A stretch of 61,259 nt of DNA, filler included, from Asterionella formosa (lineage: Eukaryota), in assembly GCA_002256025.1 (NCBI GenBank). It is 12 parts of 12 records of this genome, joined end to end, with 100 filler letters (N's around TTAATTAATTAA, not from the genome) between each part and the next. Parts side by side here need not be neighbours in the genome. Positions count along the whole stretch, not along the records: positions 1 to 5,037 come from NKIB01013251.1; positions 5,138 to 10,167 come from NKIB01013252.1; positions 10,268 to 15,293 come from NKIB01013253.1; 9 more parts are not named here. The stretch is one strand, 5' to 3'. The notes under the pieces were generated by a model. That model ran no database searches, was not told the origin of the DNA, and was given only the letters and a program-made list of their open reading frames with translations. How positions within the stretch are numbered: position 1 is the first letter of the stretch; every line of letters begins with the position of its first letter. Below are positions 1 to 10,361 of the stretch, piece after piece. Both the position numbers and the translations under genes were made by a program.

Positions 1-1
1 G

Positions 2-715
2 CTGACCTAGACGCAAAACATCACTGCGATGCTTGTTGCACATGTAGACATTAATGACACGGAAGTATGTGTTTATGCAGGTCACAGCATCTGGAGGGGT
101 TGACTTTGCCTGTGCCTTATTCTTTTTCGCCTTTTTTACAGGAGGGTTCACTTCCTCTTGTTCAAACTGAGGATCGACCAAAGACTCATGTGGCTGCACT
201 GCTGTTGCCTCTTGAACTTTTTCGTTCCTTTCATCATTATCATCTTCGCAATCTTCATCGACTTTGAATTCCTCATCATTAATTGATGAATCTTCGTGAT
301 TATCATTATCACTATCCAATTCAATGTCTGATTCATTGACAATGAAAGATCTAGGGTATATCCTCTGTGACAAGCTTTCTCTCTTCAAAAGTCGAGCAAT
401 CAAAGCAACAGTGAAAGCCTTCTTCGCATTTTTGTATCCAGAAACTTTGTATCTGACGCAAATTTTTCGGAGAACCTTGACCGAGATCTGCTTCATTGCA
501 ACACCTTTGATGAAAATCACCTTTGTCCTTTCACTATCAAGCACAAAGTCATCAGGAAGTATGAGGGAGTCAACAAATCGATCGACTTCAGTATCTGTAG
601 CAAGAGACTGCATTGTATCGTTGAAGGTGGTGGGTCGATCTTGACATACAGTGGTCTCCACATCAACAGTTGTTGTTTGCGTTTGTGTGACTGGTTCCAT
701 ACTATGCGGTTCCAT
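2..715 (-). CDS. 3'-truncated ORF (at least 238 aa), probable accessory DNA-binding ORF of a PIF/Harbinger-like element
   Basis: Absent from the ORF track because it runs off the contig. Manual translation from ATG 715 is open to the edge: MEPHSMEPV...VKVLRKICVRYKVSGYKNAKK (basic, SAP-like), an acidic tract, KKAKKNK (NLS-like), ...TYFRVINVYM. The family call is by resemblance only. Confidence 0.5.
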   Translation of the reverse strand, partial: MEPHSMEPVTQTQTTTVDVETTVCQDRPTTFNDTMQSLATDTEVDRFVDSLILPDDFVLDSERTKVIFIKGVAMKQISVKVLRKICVRYKVSGYKNAKKAFTVALIARLLKRESLSQRIYPRSFIVNESDIELDSDNDNHEDSSINDEEFKVDEDCEDDNDERNEKVQEATAVQPHESLVDPQFEQEEVNPPVKKAKKNKAQAKSTPPDAVTCINTYFRVINVYMCNKHRSDVLRLGQ

Positions 716-781
716 TTGCCTTGCTTGTAGTATCTTCAGGGAGATTCAAATGACTGATCTGTAGTAACAAATACAAAAAAA

Positions 782-818
782 GGTATCAATTTTGTATCAA
801 TGATACAAAATTGATACC
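782..818. repeat. 37-bp palindrome (18-bp perfect stem, 1-nt loop)
   Basis: GGTATCAATTTTGTATCA-A-TGATACAAAATTGATACC. Confidence 0.9.
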
Positions 819-1014
819 ATCAAGTTACCGTTGCTGATACCGTGTTTTGATACCAACCGTCACTTTTTGCCCGCAACCCGGAAATGATACAGCAAATTCG
901 GAATGATAAGAAGGACCCTTATAATAGACCTACGTAGATTTTTATCGGTTCTACAGGATAGCGCGCATTTTTCCAATAAATATTAAAATGATCATTATCT
1001 CCGTAAAGTGGAAA

Positions 1015-2198
1015 ATGAGAAAGTTCCTCAGCTTGGAAGAAAAATGTGACATCATGGATGAAGCATGGGAACTCCCCAGCAACATTAAGTCATTTGGCAC
1101 ATAACTATGGCATCAATGCCAGCAATATTCGGCGCTGGAAAACTAACTTCATGCTATTTATGATCATTATACCAATGTAGAAGGTTCATTGTCGGATGAG
1201 GGTCATTTGCTACTAAAGAAAAAGACGTTTCATTTAGGCAAGTCATTACGCAATGATAGTGCCGCTCAGCTGAATTTGCTGCAATTCATCATGGTGATGA
1301 TCGCGTTTGTTCAATCATGTTGCTTGCTGCCGAGTTGAAGCGTTTGTTGGGACAAGATGTTAGTTTGAGCATTGTGCCACAGCATGTAGCTCGTTGGTGC
1401 ACATCACAAAACATCATGAATCATCGTATCACCCACATGGCACAAAACACCAGTTATGTACTGAGTGCCAGTCAGGAGTATCTCCAGTACTTAAACAAGA
1501 TGCAGTTTCTTGACAGGGTTGTATCATTGTACAAGTATTGTAAATATAGATGAAACAAACATTTATTTCAACATGTCAGGCAGTCTCATGCAAGCTGATA
1601 AAGGTGTGCAAACCATTATTTTATGCACCAATGGCAGCAGCATGCATTGCACAAAGTAGTTGGGAGTTTCAATGTCTGGAGAGAAGCTTGCTCCTCTTGT
1701 TGTCTTCAAAGGAGTACCTGATGCCAGGATCCAAAGGGAATGCAACAATCAACAGTTTGCCTATCCTCAGGAAATGGTTTATTGTTTGTCAGGCAAAGGC
1801 ATGGGTTGATGAGTTGATGTTTATGCTTTGGATTTTGGAAATTTGGAAACCATGGAGGACAGCAATCAGCCATGATTCTCAACCAAGCTACCTGCTAATT
1901 GACGAGTTTCAGGTGTGTTTGATGGCAACAAGCCTCAATGCAATTAAGGACTGTGGAACTGCTATGGATTTCGTTTGTGGTTACACCTCCAAACTTCAAG
2001 TTTTGGACATTAGTGGTAAACAAGCCCTTTAAAGTGTTTGTTAGGAATGGCAATGAGGACTGGATGGTCGACCATCTTCATGGCACAAAGGTGAAGCAAC
2101 AGGACGTTGCTCAGTGGGTCTGGACAGCTTGGGAGAAGCTCTCTCAATCCACCATTTTAAACACTTGGAATTCAGTCAGTTACATTGCAAGCAATTGA
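1015..2198 (+). pseudogene. Degenerate pogo/Tigger-like (DDE_1) transposase
   Basis: Frameshifted pieces: N-terminal HTH (MRKFLSLEEKCDIMDEAW...NIRRWK), IVNIDETNIYF, GEKLAPLVVFKG, LLIDEFQ, CGYTSKLQVLD, VNKPFK. Homologous to 35860-36580. Confidence 0.85.
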
Positions 2199-3842
2199 CG
2201 ACTTTATTTTAGTCAAAAAGTGTAGCATTTGACTAGAAATATAACTTTATCATCTGTTTATGTATGATCTAATGTATTTTATTGATTTTTAGAAGAAATT
2301 CCATTAGCATCAATATGAAATAGCTCAAGTCTCAATTTTCGAGTCGATTTTTCGTGTTGCAGCTATTAGAACCATAATCGATGTGAATCACTAAATATAC
2401 TAAAAGAAATGATTCTAGAGTCTATTAATGGTTCTACAATGTTATAACATATATTATAGAATGCATTTCTATAGCTTTATTGGGAGCTGCTACAAAAATC
2501 TACTCCTGGCTGGCCTTGAATATCGTCCATCAAGTGGAATGATGCCATTCCAGCCTTTCAAATGATGCTCTTCTTTCTTCTCATCATTGAATTTTCATGT
2601 AATTCATACAGCTCTATTACCTGCATGAACCTGTCGATATACATCTAAGCCGCGACGCCACTTTTCGAAATTTGTTCTACGTAGGAGTGTTAATTATGTG
2701 GTACTTCACATGAATTAATGCCGCTCTTCCCGGAGAAAAGGTTACTTTTAACGGTTTCGTGTGAAGTTTTAACGGTTTCATGTGAAGATTTCACAAAAAA
2801 CTTTGAACTCGAGACTGAATTAGTCGATGCTTCAAATAATTCATTTCAAAGTTCAACTAAGACCCTGCTCTTGTGGCTAATTCATTTACGACATGCATCT
2901 TCCTTTGTGAAATAGTAAGGATATTTGTGGTGTCTTAATTCATGCTACCAGGTACAGTTTATGGTTGTGCACTTCACGTAAATAATATTTACTGTTTTGC
3001 TGAACAAGATTACTTATCGTGGTTTCATGTGATAGCTGGTGGCTCACAATCATACAATTATTTCCAAGGCAGGACTAGTTGATTTTACAACAAAACATTT
3101 TAAAAGTTCAAGATAAATTTTTTAGAGGATAAATCATTGCGAAAGACGACTTCACTACTAATTGTTTGATTGCAATCTGCCCTGAATTGATTGAGAAAAA
3201 CGGAACGAAATGGATCTCGAGAAATATCGCGACATGATTCGTGAGGATGCAAATAACAACCAACCCTAATGAGGACAAAACAGGTACAGAACGAAACATT
3301 AAATATTGAATTTGAAATGCTAAACTAAATATCTATTCGAATTAGTGTGTGTTATCGACTGCAAATCTTCGGAGTGCTATTGGGCATGAATTGATGGAGA
3401 AAATCGAAGCGATGTGGTTGTCGGCAAGTGGGTGCATGAAGCATATCAACAATCATCCTTACCATCGATATGGTCAGCATCTAATATGAATTCTCTTATT
3501 CTTTTACATAAACTATATTTCGTATGAATTCTGAAGATACAAAATATATGGATAACATACCTGGTGTATTGTGAATATGTCTGGATTGGCATCATGATGC
3601 TGAGTGTGTTGACCTCAGCTAATGAATAGTAGGTATGGTACCTGGGGCCAGGTACCGGTCGGTATACAAGGCCTACTCAGGGCTACTATGATACATACTA
3701 CCAGGGGAGTACCTGTTACCTGGTACCTTGTACCTTGGGTCTTTTGACGTTGCACTCAGACATACTAACAAATAGCTTTACTGTATGGTACCACCAGGTA
3801 GTCCTGGCTGGTAGGTACCAGGTCATCGTTACAAGTGTGAGA

Positions 3843-4019
3843 CTGTAGGTTTGCCCTACCAGTATTTCCGTCTTTCCCTTCTTGTTACAATAGGAATTAT
3901 TTCGTTCGTACTGAGAAACTGTACTCATTTCTACGTGCATACTGTAGAACTGTAGGCTTGCACTACCAGCATTGCTTCCCGTATTTCCCTTATTACAATA
4001 GAATATGGCGTTCGTACTG
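3843..4019. repeat. Degenerate direct repeat of about 70 bp (3843-3912 and 3949-4019)
   Basis: Both copies read ACTGTAGG.TTGC.CTACCAG.ATT...CCGT.TTTCCCTT...TTACAATAG...CGTTCGTACTG. Confidence 0.7.
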
Positions 4020-5037
4020 TGAATATCGTCTGTAAATAAAAAATCATTAAAATATGATCAAGGGTATCGTACGCTAAGTGGCACAGGATTTTCGTATATA
4101 TGATGGTTTTGGATCAAAAATATGATCAAGGTATCTTGTATCTATGATGATTTACTAAAATGTTACCGACCTTGAAGTATAATGATAATAGGAGCATTAT
4201 CATCACACAATGTATATAAACTGATCAACAACATTTCCCATCAATATCATAAACCTTCTCATATTATTTTCACTTCTCGTGATCGCCCGATGTAAATTAT
4301 AACTACAACGTATCCTAAAACCAGCTCAACTCTATGCTATAATGTGAATTGTTTCATCGTAAATCTATCGTAAACATGATCATAATTCTAATCACAAGCA
4401 TTGTTCAAAATAGATTGAAATGGATCGTAATTTAACTATCAAGTTAAGCAATGCTATCTATTAATCTACATGCCAGCGACCCAACGTTTCTCTCTCTACT
4501 CGGCTCAATGTATATTCCTTTCTTGCTCTTTCTTCCTCTGATCTGAATCGTGTGCGAGGCAGTGCCTTACTGATGCTGCGTCTCTTTCCCTGCTGTAAGT
4601 GTCATTCTGAACTTGCCGACTATTCCGTTGTTTGATTGCTTTTATTGTCCTATGCATGCAGTTACAGTTACAATGAGAAGAAATGGTTTGTTAGCTAGTC
4701 ATGTTACATTGACACAAGAACACGCAATTCCATCGTATCCTCTTGCTTCACTTACCACAAATCAATGCAACTGATGCACAAGTCTGTAATAGTAACTTGT
4801 CAGTAAATTCTTGAATAAGTAAGTTTCGGGTATCCAATGTTGTGGAATAAAACTTACCGGTTCATTTTTGTCATCTTAACTTTGAGAGAATATAAACGTT
4901 TTGTTAGTTTTGTTCCAACATAAGTGAATAGGTCCAACGAGCGACAAGAGCACTTGCGCAATTTGGTTTTGTTTTACATTGGTGCTCCCCAACAAGCGAA
5001 ACGAGCTGTTGAATCAACTGAGAAAAAAGGAAATGTG

Positions 5038-5137
5038 NNNNNNNNNNNNNNNNNNNNNNNNNNNNNNNNNNNNNNNNNNNNTTAATTAATTAANNNNNNN
5101 NNNNNNNNNNNNNNNNNNNNNNNNNNNNNNNNNNNNN
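5038..5137. other. Artificial contig spacer N44-TTAATTAATTAA-N44 (also 10168-10267, 15294-15393, 20416-20515, 25535-25634, 30648-30747, 35760-35859, 40864-40963, 45965-46064, 51065-51164, 56163-56262)
   Basis: Eleven identical 100-nt spacers with a six-frame stop core; the flanking contig lengths decrease monotonically. Confidence 0.98.
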
Positions 5138-5265
5138 TGAAAAGCATCATCCATCACAGCAACAATCAACCACATATACCGCGGTAGTATGTATATCATA
5201 CGTACATTGTCGATGATTATATCATCGATACCATTGCCAATTCAGCATCTACTCTCAGTGGCCCC

Positions 5266-8200
5266 ATGAACCCCAAATTGTTGAACGAACAGTTGCTCTA
5301 CTCACCATCAGATTATCCAAGTCGAAGGAAACATGAAACCATTAGTTTCTCGAAATCAAGAAATGGAGGAAGAGACGACGCGGATGATGATGACAAAAAC
5401 GATGAAATGAGCGTCATTAGTTTATTGTCGGGGTTTTCCGGCGGTTCTTCTGACATGTATAACTATGGAGGCTTGATGCGCTTCAACCGTACCGGTCTTC
5501 TCTACGGCCGAAGCAGAGAAGTGAGTATCCTATTGGATGCTTTTGCACGTGTCACGACTGGACCTTCTGAAGTGGTTCTTCTTACAGGCGAAGCAGGCGC
5601 TGGAAAGAGCAAAGTCGCTGAATCCCTTCGAGGCCCTGTGACTTCGATCGAGTCTAATGGTTACTTCGTCGCTGGAAAGTATGATCAGCTTAGGCTGGAC
5701 GAACCCTTTAGTGCGATTGTGAACGCGTTCAACGACTTGGCTGAAATCATAAGTCTCACCGAAGGTTCCCAGTCGCGAAGAAACAGCATTAAGGAAGCTC
5801 TCGGTGATGAAGCTTATTTGCTTTGCAAATTAATACCGAACATTTCTTATTTACTTGGACAAAAGAAAAATCCAGCGGAGCAGGAGGTGGGGGGTAACAT
5901 GATGAACGTTGTTTCCAAATTGACTCTGGCCTTTCGAAGATTCGTAGGCGTTATTGCCACTAAAGAGAGCCCATTGTGTATATTCCTTGACGACATTCAA
6001 TGGGCAGATCAAGCATCCATGCAAGTGATTCGAGGCCTCATTACAGATATTAGGAGTAAACATATTCTTCTAGTGTTCGCCTATCGAGATAATGATTTGA
6101 TCACGGCAAAAATGGACGAGTTCTTTCAATGTTCTGAGGATGAGCAAATGTTGCATTTGACCAACATCTCACTTGGTAATCTTGACGTTGAGTCAGTTCA
6201 TGACTTGATTCAAGATCAATTGGAAATGACAGCTTCTGAAGAATCTATGATATTATGCGACTGCATATGGAAGAAGACTTTAGGAAATCCTTTCTTTGTA
6301 CTTGAATTTCTGGATGAGTTACTCGGCAGGGGATTCATGGTTCGAACCGATTCATCGTGGTTGATTGATTTAGCGAAAATTCAAACCGAGACCAATGTGT
6401 CTTCCAATGTTGTCAATATGATCTCTGAACAGATGAAACGGCTACATCCCCATGTCCGAGCTGTTCTAACATATGCCGCATTTCTTGGCTTTCAGTTTCG
6501 ACGCGATGTACTGGAAGCCATTGTGATCTCTGAACACGTATCGTCCAGTTTGATGTTAATTCTATTTGATGTTGATAATGCAGAGATCAAGGGCCAAATA
6601 ACACAAGATCAATACCATGACAGGGTTTCCAAAATCCTGGATGCTGCAACTACCGAAGGTATCATCGAAAAATGCGATGATTCTGGAATCAAAATGAAGT
6701 TTGTGCATGACTGCCCTCAGACAGTTCTTTATAATTCCATTCCCGAAGGAAGGGAACGGGCAATGATACATTTGACAATTGGTAGTCATATAAGGAAGAT
6801 GCTGCTACCAAAATGTAATGATTTTCTATTTCATGTTGTGCACCATCTAAATAATGCATCGCCATACCTGGTTGAGGAAGGTGATCGTGTTGACTTGTCA
6901 CGACTCAACCTTGATGCAGCAAAGTTAGCAGCGAACGAGAAATCTGCGTTTTTGAGCGCCTCCGAGTATTTGCGATATGGTATCGAGCTTCTTGATGCAG
7001 ACACCATGTGGAACAAACACTATGATCTTTGTCTGAGACTGTTTAGCCTCTCTGCAGAGATTGGTTATTGCATTGGAGACTTTGCACATAGCGATATAAT
7101 GGCCAAAAGCATCGTGGTGAATGCACGAACCATCGAAGATAAAGCATCTGCCTACTATACGAAGATCGATGCACTGAATGCGCAAGCCATGCCAATGCGG
7201 TCAATTGACAAATGTTTCTCAATTCTACAGGAACTGGGAGTGAAAGTGACAAGAAATCCAACAATATTCGCCCTTCTCTGCTCAATTGCCAAGACTAAGA
7301 AAATGCTTCATGGGAAATCAGATAATTTTATTCTTTCACTACCCCTTCTCGAAGAAAATGCACAATCAATTATGATCACAACCGTCCTCTCCAAAATTTG
7401 CACTGCGGCCTATTTTCTCGGGGAAGCGAAATTGTATGTGTTCGCTATTCAACGACTTTTTCAAATGCTGCTACAGAAAGGTATTTCATCTGTGTCACCG
7501 TTTGTGATTGCTGGTTATGGTATGTTGGAATCAAAGCTGGGAAATTCAGAGAGTGCATATCGGTTTGGCATGCTTGCACTCAAACTGCTGGACAAACAAA
7601 GTTGTAAAAAGTACTTCTGTATGACTCTGGTAACTTCATGGGTTTTCAATTTACATTGGAAAAGATCTTTAACCGACGCTGCCGACGCATTCAGACAAGC
7701 CCATGTTGTTGGAGCAGCTCAAGGTGACATGGAGAATTCGTCAATTGCAGCTTTCAACTACATTTGTACGTCACTTTGCTGTGGGCGTGGTTTGCAAAGC
7801 CTGGAACACGACTGCAAAGTGTTGTGTGAAAGCATGCAAATATTTAAGCAAGACTCTTCCTTGGATAAAACAGTACAATTCTGGTGGACAATCCTGTCGC
7901 TCATTGGAGGTGATCATGACTACCACCCAATTCTGCAGCAAAGTGGAAGGGATGAAGCTGCAATATTGAAAAGGGCTGTATCACCCTACACTGAGTATCT
8001 ATTAATTATGTGCAGGATATCCAAACTTATAACTGCACTTCACCTTGGATCTCTAGCAACTGCCAACGACATGATAGTAGCGATTGAAAAGGTCAGCAAG
8101 CGGTTCAAGTTTCATTGGATTTTCCTGATCTACAAGTTCTATTCCGGGCTTACCTTCTTTGCTTTGGCATCGACTTCAATGCTGCAAAGTCGCACAAGTT

Positions 8201-8556
8201 ATCGACGGCAAGGTGAAAACGTCCTAAGGTACATGAGGAAGCAGAGTAACAGCGGATGTGTTACTGCAACATTATTTGTTGCTCACTTGGAAGCAGAGCA
8301 AATAGGTTTAATATCACGCGATACAAACAAGGTTTTGCAAGCAAACGAGCATGCCATTCACATCTCAACTAACTACGGTTTCATAAACTATGAAGGACTT
8401 GCAAATGAACGAGCGTATTTTGCGTTGCATGCACTTGGTTTTGATTCTCGACCATTTTTTGAACGTGCTATCGCATGTTACAAAGATTGGGGTGCGGAAC
8501 AGAAGGTGCATATCCTCGAAAGCAACTTTAACTGTAAGGTACTTTGCACCAAATGA
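5266..8556 (+). CDS. AAA_16/STAND-type ATPase with helical TPR-like C-terminal region (COG3899-like, lacking the Ser/Thr kinase and GAF-histidine kinase domains)
   Basis: 1096-aa intronless ORF: LYGRSREV, Walker A GEAGAGKS, GYFVAGKYDQ, Walker B FLDDIQWAD, TLGNPFFV, FVHD, HHLN, C-terminal YKDWGAEQKVHIL. Confidence 0.85.
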   Translation: MNPKLLNEQLLYSPSDYPSRRKHETISFSKSRNGGRDDADDDDKNDEMSVISLLSGFSGGSSDMYNYGGLMRFNRTGLLYGRSREVSILLDAFARVTTGPSEVVLLTGEAGAGKSKVAESLRGPVTSIESNGYFVAGKYDQLRLDEPFSAIVNAFNDLAEIISLTEGSQSRRNSIKEALGDEAYLLCKLIPNISYLLGQKKNPAEQEVGGNMMNVVSKLTLAFRRFVGVIATKESPLCIFLDDIQWADQASMQVIRGLITDIRSKHILLVFAYRDNDLITAKMDEFFQCSEDEQMLHLTNISLGNLDVESVHDLIQDQLEMTASEESMILCDCIWKKTLGNPFFVLEFLDELLGRGFMVRTDSSWLIDLAKIQTETNVSSNVVNMISEQMKRLHPHVRAVLTYAAFLGFQFRRDVLEAIVISEHVSSSLMLILFDVDNAEIKGQITQDQYHDRVSKILDAATTEGIIEKCDDSGIKMKFVHDCPQTVLYNSIPEGRERAMIHLTIGSHIRKMLLPKCNDFLFHVVHHLNNASPYLVEEGDRVDLSRLNLDAAKLAANEKSAFLSASEYLRYGIELLDADTMWNKHYDLCLRLFSLSAEIGYCIGDFAHSDIMAKSIVVNARTIEDKASAYYTKIDALNAQAMPMRSIDKCFSILQELGVKVTRNPTIFALLCSIAKTKKMLHGKSDNFILSLPLLEENAQSIMITTVLSKICTAAYFLGEAKLYVFAIQRLFQMLLQKGISSVSPFVIAGYGMLESKLGNSESAYRFGMLALKLLDKQSCKKYFCMTLVTSWVFNLHWKRSLTDAADAFRQAHVVGAAQGDMENSSIAAFNYICTSLCCGRGLQSLEHDCKVLCESMQIFKQDSSLDKTVQFWWTILSLIGGDHDYHPILQQSGRDEAAILKRAVSPYTEYLLIMCRISKLITALHLGSLATANDMIVAIEKVSKRFKFHWIFLIYKFYSGLTFFALASTSMLQSRTSYRRQGENVLRYMRKQSNSGCVTATLFVAHLEAEQIGLISRDTNKVLQANEHAIHISTNYGFINYEGLANERAYFALHALGFDSRPFFERAIACYKDWGAEQKVHILESNFNCKVLCTK

Positions 8557-8756
8557 TGAATGGGGGTGCGGTGATGATTTCAGAATAGTCTTTGCTCTGT
8601 TATTGTTAAGGAGTACTACTCTAATATATATTCATCAATTTTCGAGGTAATAATGATATGTACTATGAGGCCTAGAATAAATGCACACAAGGAAAGAGGG
8701 CACCTCTTGTGAAATATGAAAATGTAGTACCAGAAATTATGTTATATGCTCCTTTC

Positions 8757-10166
8757 TTAGACGGGACATTGAGACCTTGTATAGCACTGCTTTTGGCATG
8801 TTTGATAAACAAAGGGATGATTCCTTCCTGTTGCGTCAGTTTTCGAGTAATCGATCAGGGGACAAAACTTGTTCATGTTATTCCTGCCAATAAACGAGCA
8901 TACCTGAGTCTTCCATTTCGTTGGACTTATGCCGACTCCTGTGAACAAAAACGTCATGGTTGGTAGATTATTGCAAGTCTTGACAAATGACAATGTCGAG
9001 GGGCATCCGAAACCTGCGATCCGGACTTGATCCAGCTGAGTACAACCAGCATATAGTGGCTGGATTGTGGTCGCCGCAGGAGGAGGAAGGGGAGCAGCAG
9101 TAGGGGGAGAAGTTGGAGCAAACGAAGGGGAAGAGGTGGGAGCAAAAGTAGGAGGTGGGGTTGGAGCAAGCGAAGGGAAATAGGTGGGAGCAACAGTAGG
9201 GAAAGGGGTTGGAGAGTTAGTGGGGGATCTTGTTGCAGCAACAGTAGGGGGAGGAGTTGGAGACTTCGTGGGAAACGGTGTCACAGCAACAGTGGTTGGG
9301 GCAGATGTTGGGGCCGCAGCTACGATTTTAGCAGTGCTCCCCTCACTATTGGTTCCAGTGGCACCGGCCAACTTGATTATAAGAATCATGTTTTTCTCTT
9401 GTGGGCCGACTTCAATCGAAATGCCCGTGGGGTATTCTGTCGCACCAGCATAGCCCTTGGTGTTGGGCTCTGGTAAGACCTTTCCACTGTTGAGGTAGAC
9501 ACCATTGTTATCAATCTTATATGCTTGAGTGGCTCCTAAGGTATCGGAAACGGGGCGTTGACGGAACGCATCAGTGCGGTCACCCTTGTTGACATTCCTT
9601 TCCATGTCGAATTTTCCGTCGCCCTGGACCAAAGCTACACGGTAATGAATGCGGCAAGTGCCACCGCCACAAACACCTTCTGTTTGATATCCAATTACAC
9701 CCACACCAAGATCATCGGACTCATCAATATGCCAAATAGCAATACCAGAACGATCCTTGTTCGGTGAATCCAGGTGATGGGCTAATTTAGCATCGTATCC
9801 ACATGGGTATCTGTTTTCCACCAAGAAGAATTCCCCAGGTTTCATATTGTAGGCAATCTTGTAAATGGTGTCGCCGTCGCAAGCTGCAAGGATTTTGACA
9901 TTGGTTTCAGCCGCAAGGACGTTCACTATATTGACCCAACCAAGCTGCATCTTTGCCCAAGCTGACATGAGAGGTGGGTAGAGTTGATCTCCATACCAGC
10001 CCCACATATTCGCTGTAAAGAAAGGAAGCAGAAGATGCTTCTTGTTAGCACACGAATTGTTGCCATCTGCAACCATTTCACGAAAGTAATCAATACAATA
10101 CGTACCCATAAGACACCAAGTTCCAATACCAGCTCCTCCAACTGTATCGTACAAATCAGGAAGTCC
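8757..10166 (-). CDS. 5'-truncated M6-family (immune inhibitor A-like) metalloprotease with Pro/Thr linker and Cys-rich C-terminal module; probable intron 10013-10105
   Basis: The contig edge reads GLPDLYDT (the segment that follows HExxH in M6 proteases), then GIGTWCLM-A-NMWG after splicing, SAWAKMQLGWV, EFFLVENR, GIAIWHIDE, VALVQGDG, then PT/PS repeats. HExxH itself lies beyond the contig end. Confidence 0.8.
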   Translation of the reverse strand, partial: GLPDLYDTVGGAGIGTWCLMGTYCIDYFREMVADGNNSCANKKHLLLPFFTANMWGWYGDQLYPPLMSAWAKMQLGWVNIVNVLAAETNVKILAACDGDTIYKIAYNMKPGEFFLVENRYPCGYDAKLAHHLDSPNKDRSGIAIWHIDESDDLGVGVIGYQTEGVCGGGTCRIHYRVALVQGDGKFDMERNVNKGDRTDAFRQRPVSDTLGATQAYKIDNNGVYLNSGKVLPEPNTKGYAGATEYPTGISIEVGPQEKNMILIIKLAGATGTNSEGSTAKIVAAAPTSAPTTVAVTPFPTKSPTPPPTVAATRSPTNSPTPFPTVAPTYFPSLAPTPPPTFAPTSSPSFAPTSPPTAAPLPPPAATTIQPLYAGCTQLDQVRIAGFGCPSTLSFVKTCNNLPTMTFLFTGVGISPTKWKTQVCSFIGRNNMNKFCPLIDYSKTDATGRNHPFVYQTCQKQCYTRSQCPV

Positions 10167-10361
10167 CNNNNNNNNNNNNNNNNNNNNNNNNNNNNNNNNN
10201 NNNNNNNNNNNTTAATTAATTAANNNNNNNNNNNNNNNNNNNNNNNNNNNNNNNNNNNNNNNNNNNNAACGATCCCTTTTCACTAAGGATTACAAAAGTA
10301 GTAGCAAGTGGTATTTTGAACCCAATCATCAGAAAATGGTTGGTGTAGCCATCATGTGCAC

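Noticed and set aside
2746..2787. 21-bp tandem duplication (TTTAACGGTTTCRTGTGAAG)
   Set aside because: Only two copies with no context; an ordinary local duplication.
5082..5093. TTAATTAATTAA repeated about every 5.1 kb as a biological periodic element
   Set aside because: Always centred in 44+44 N; it is an artificial stop-codon linker.
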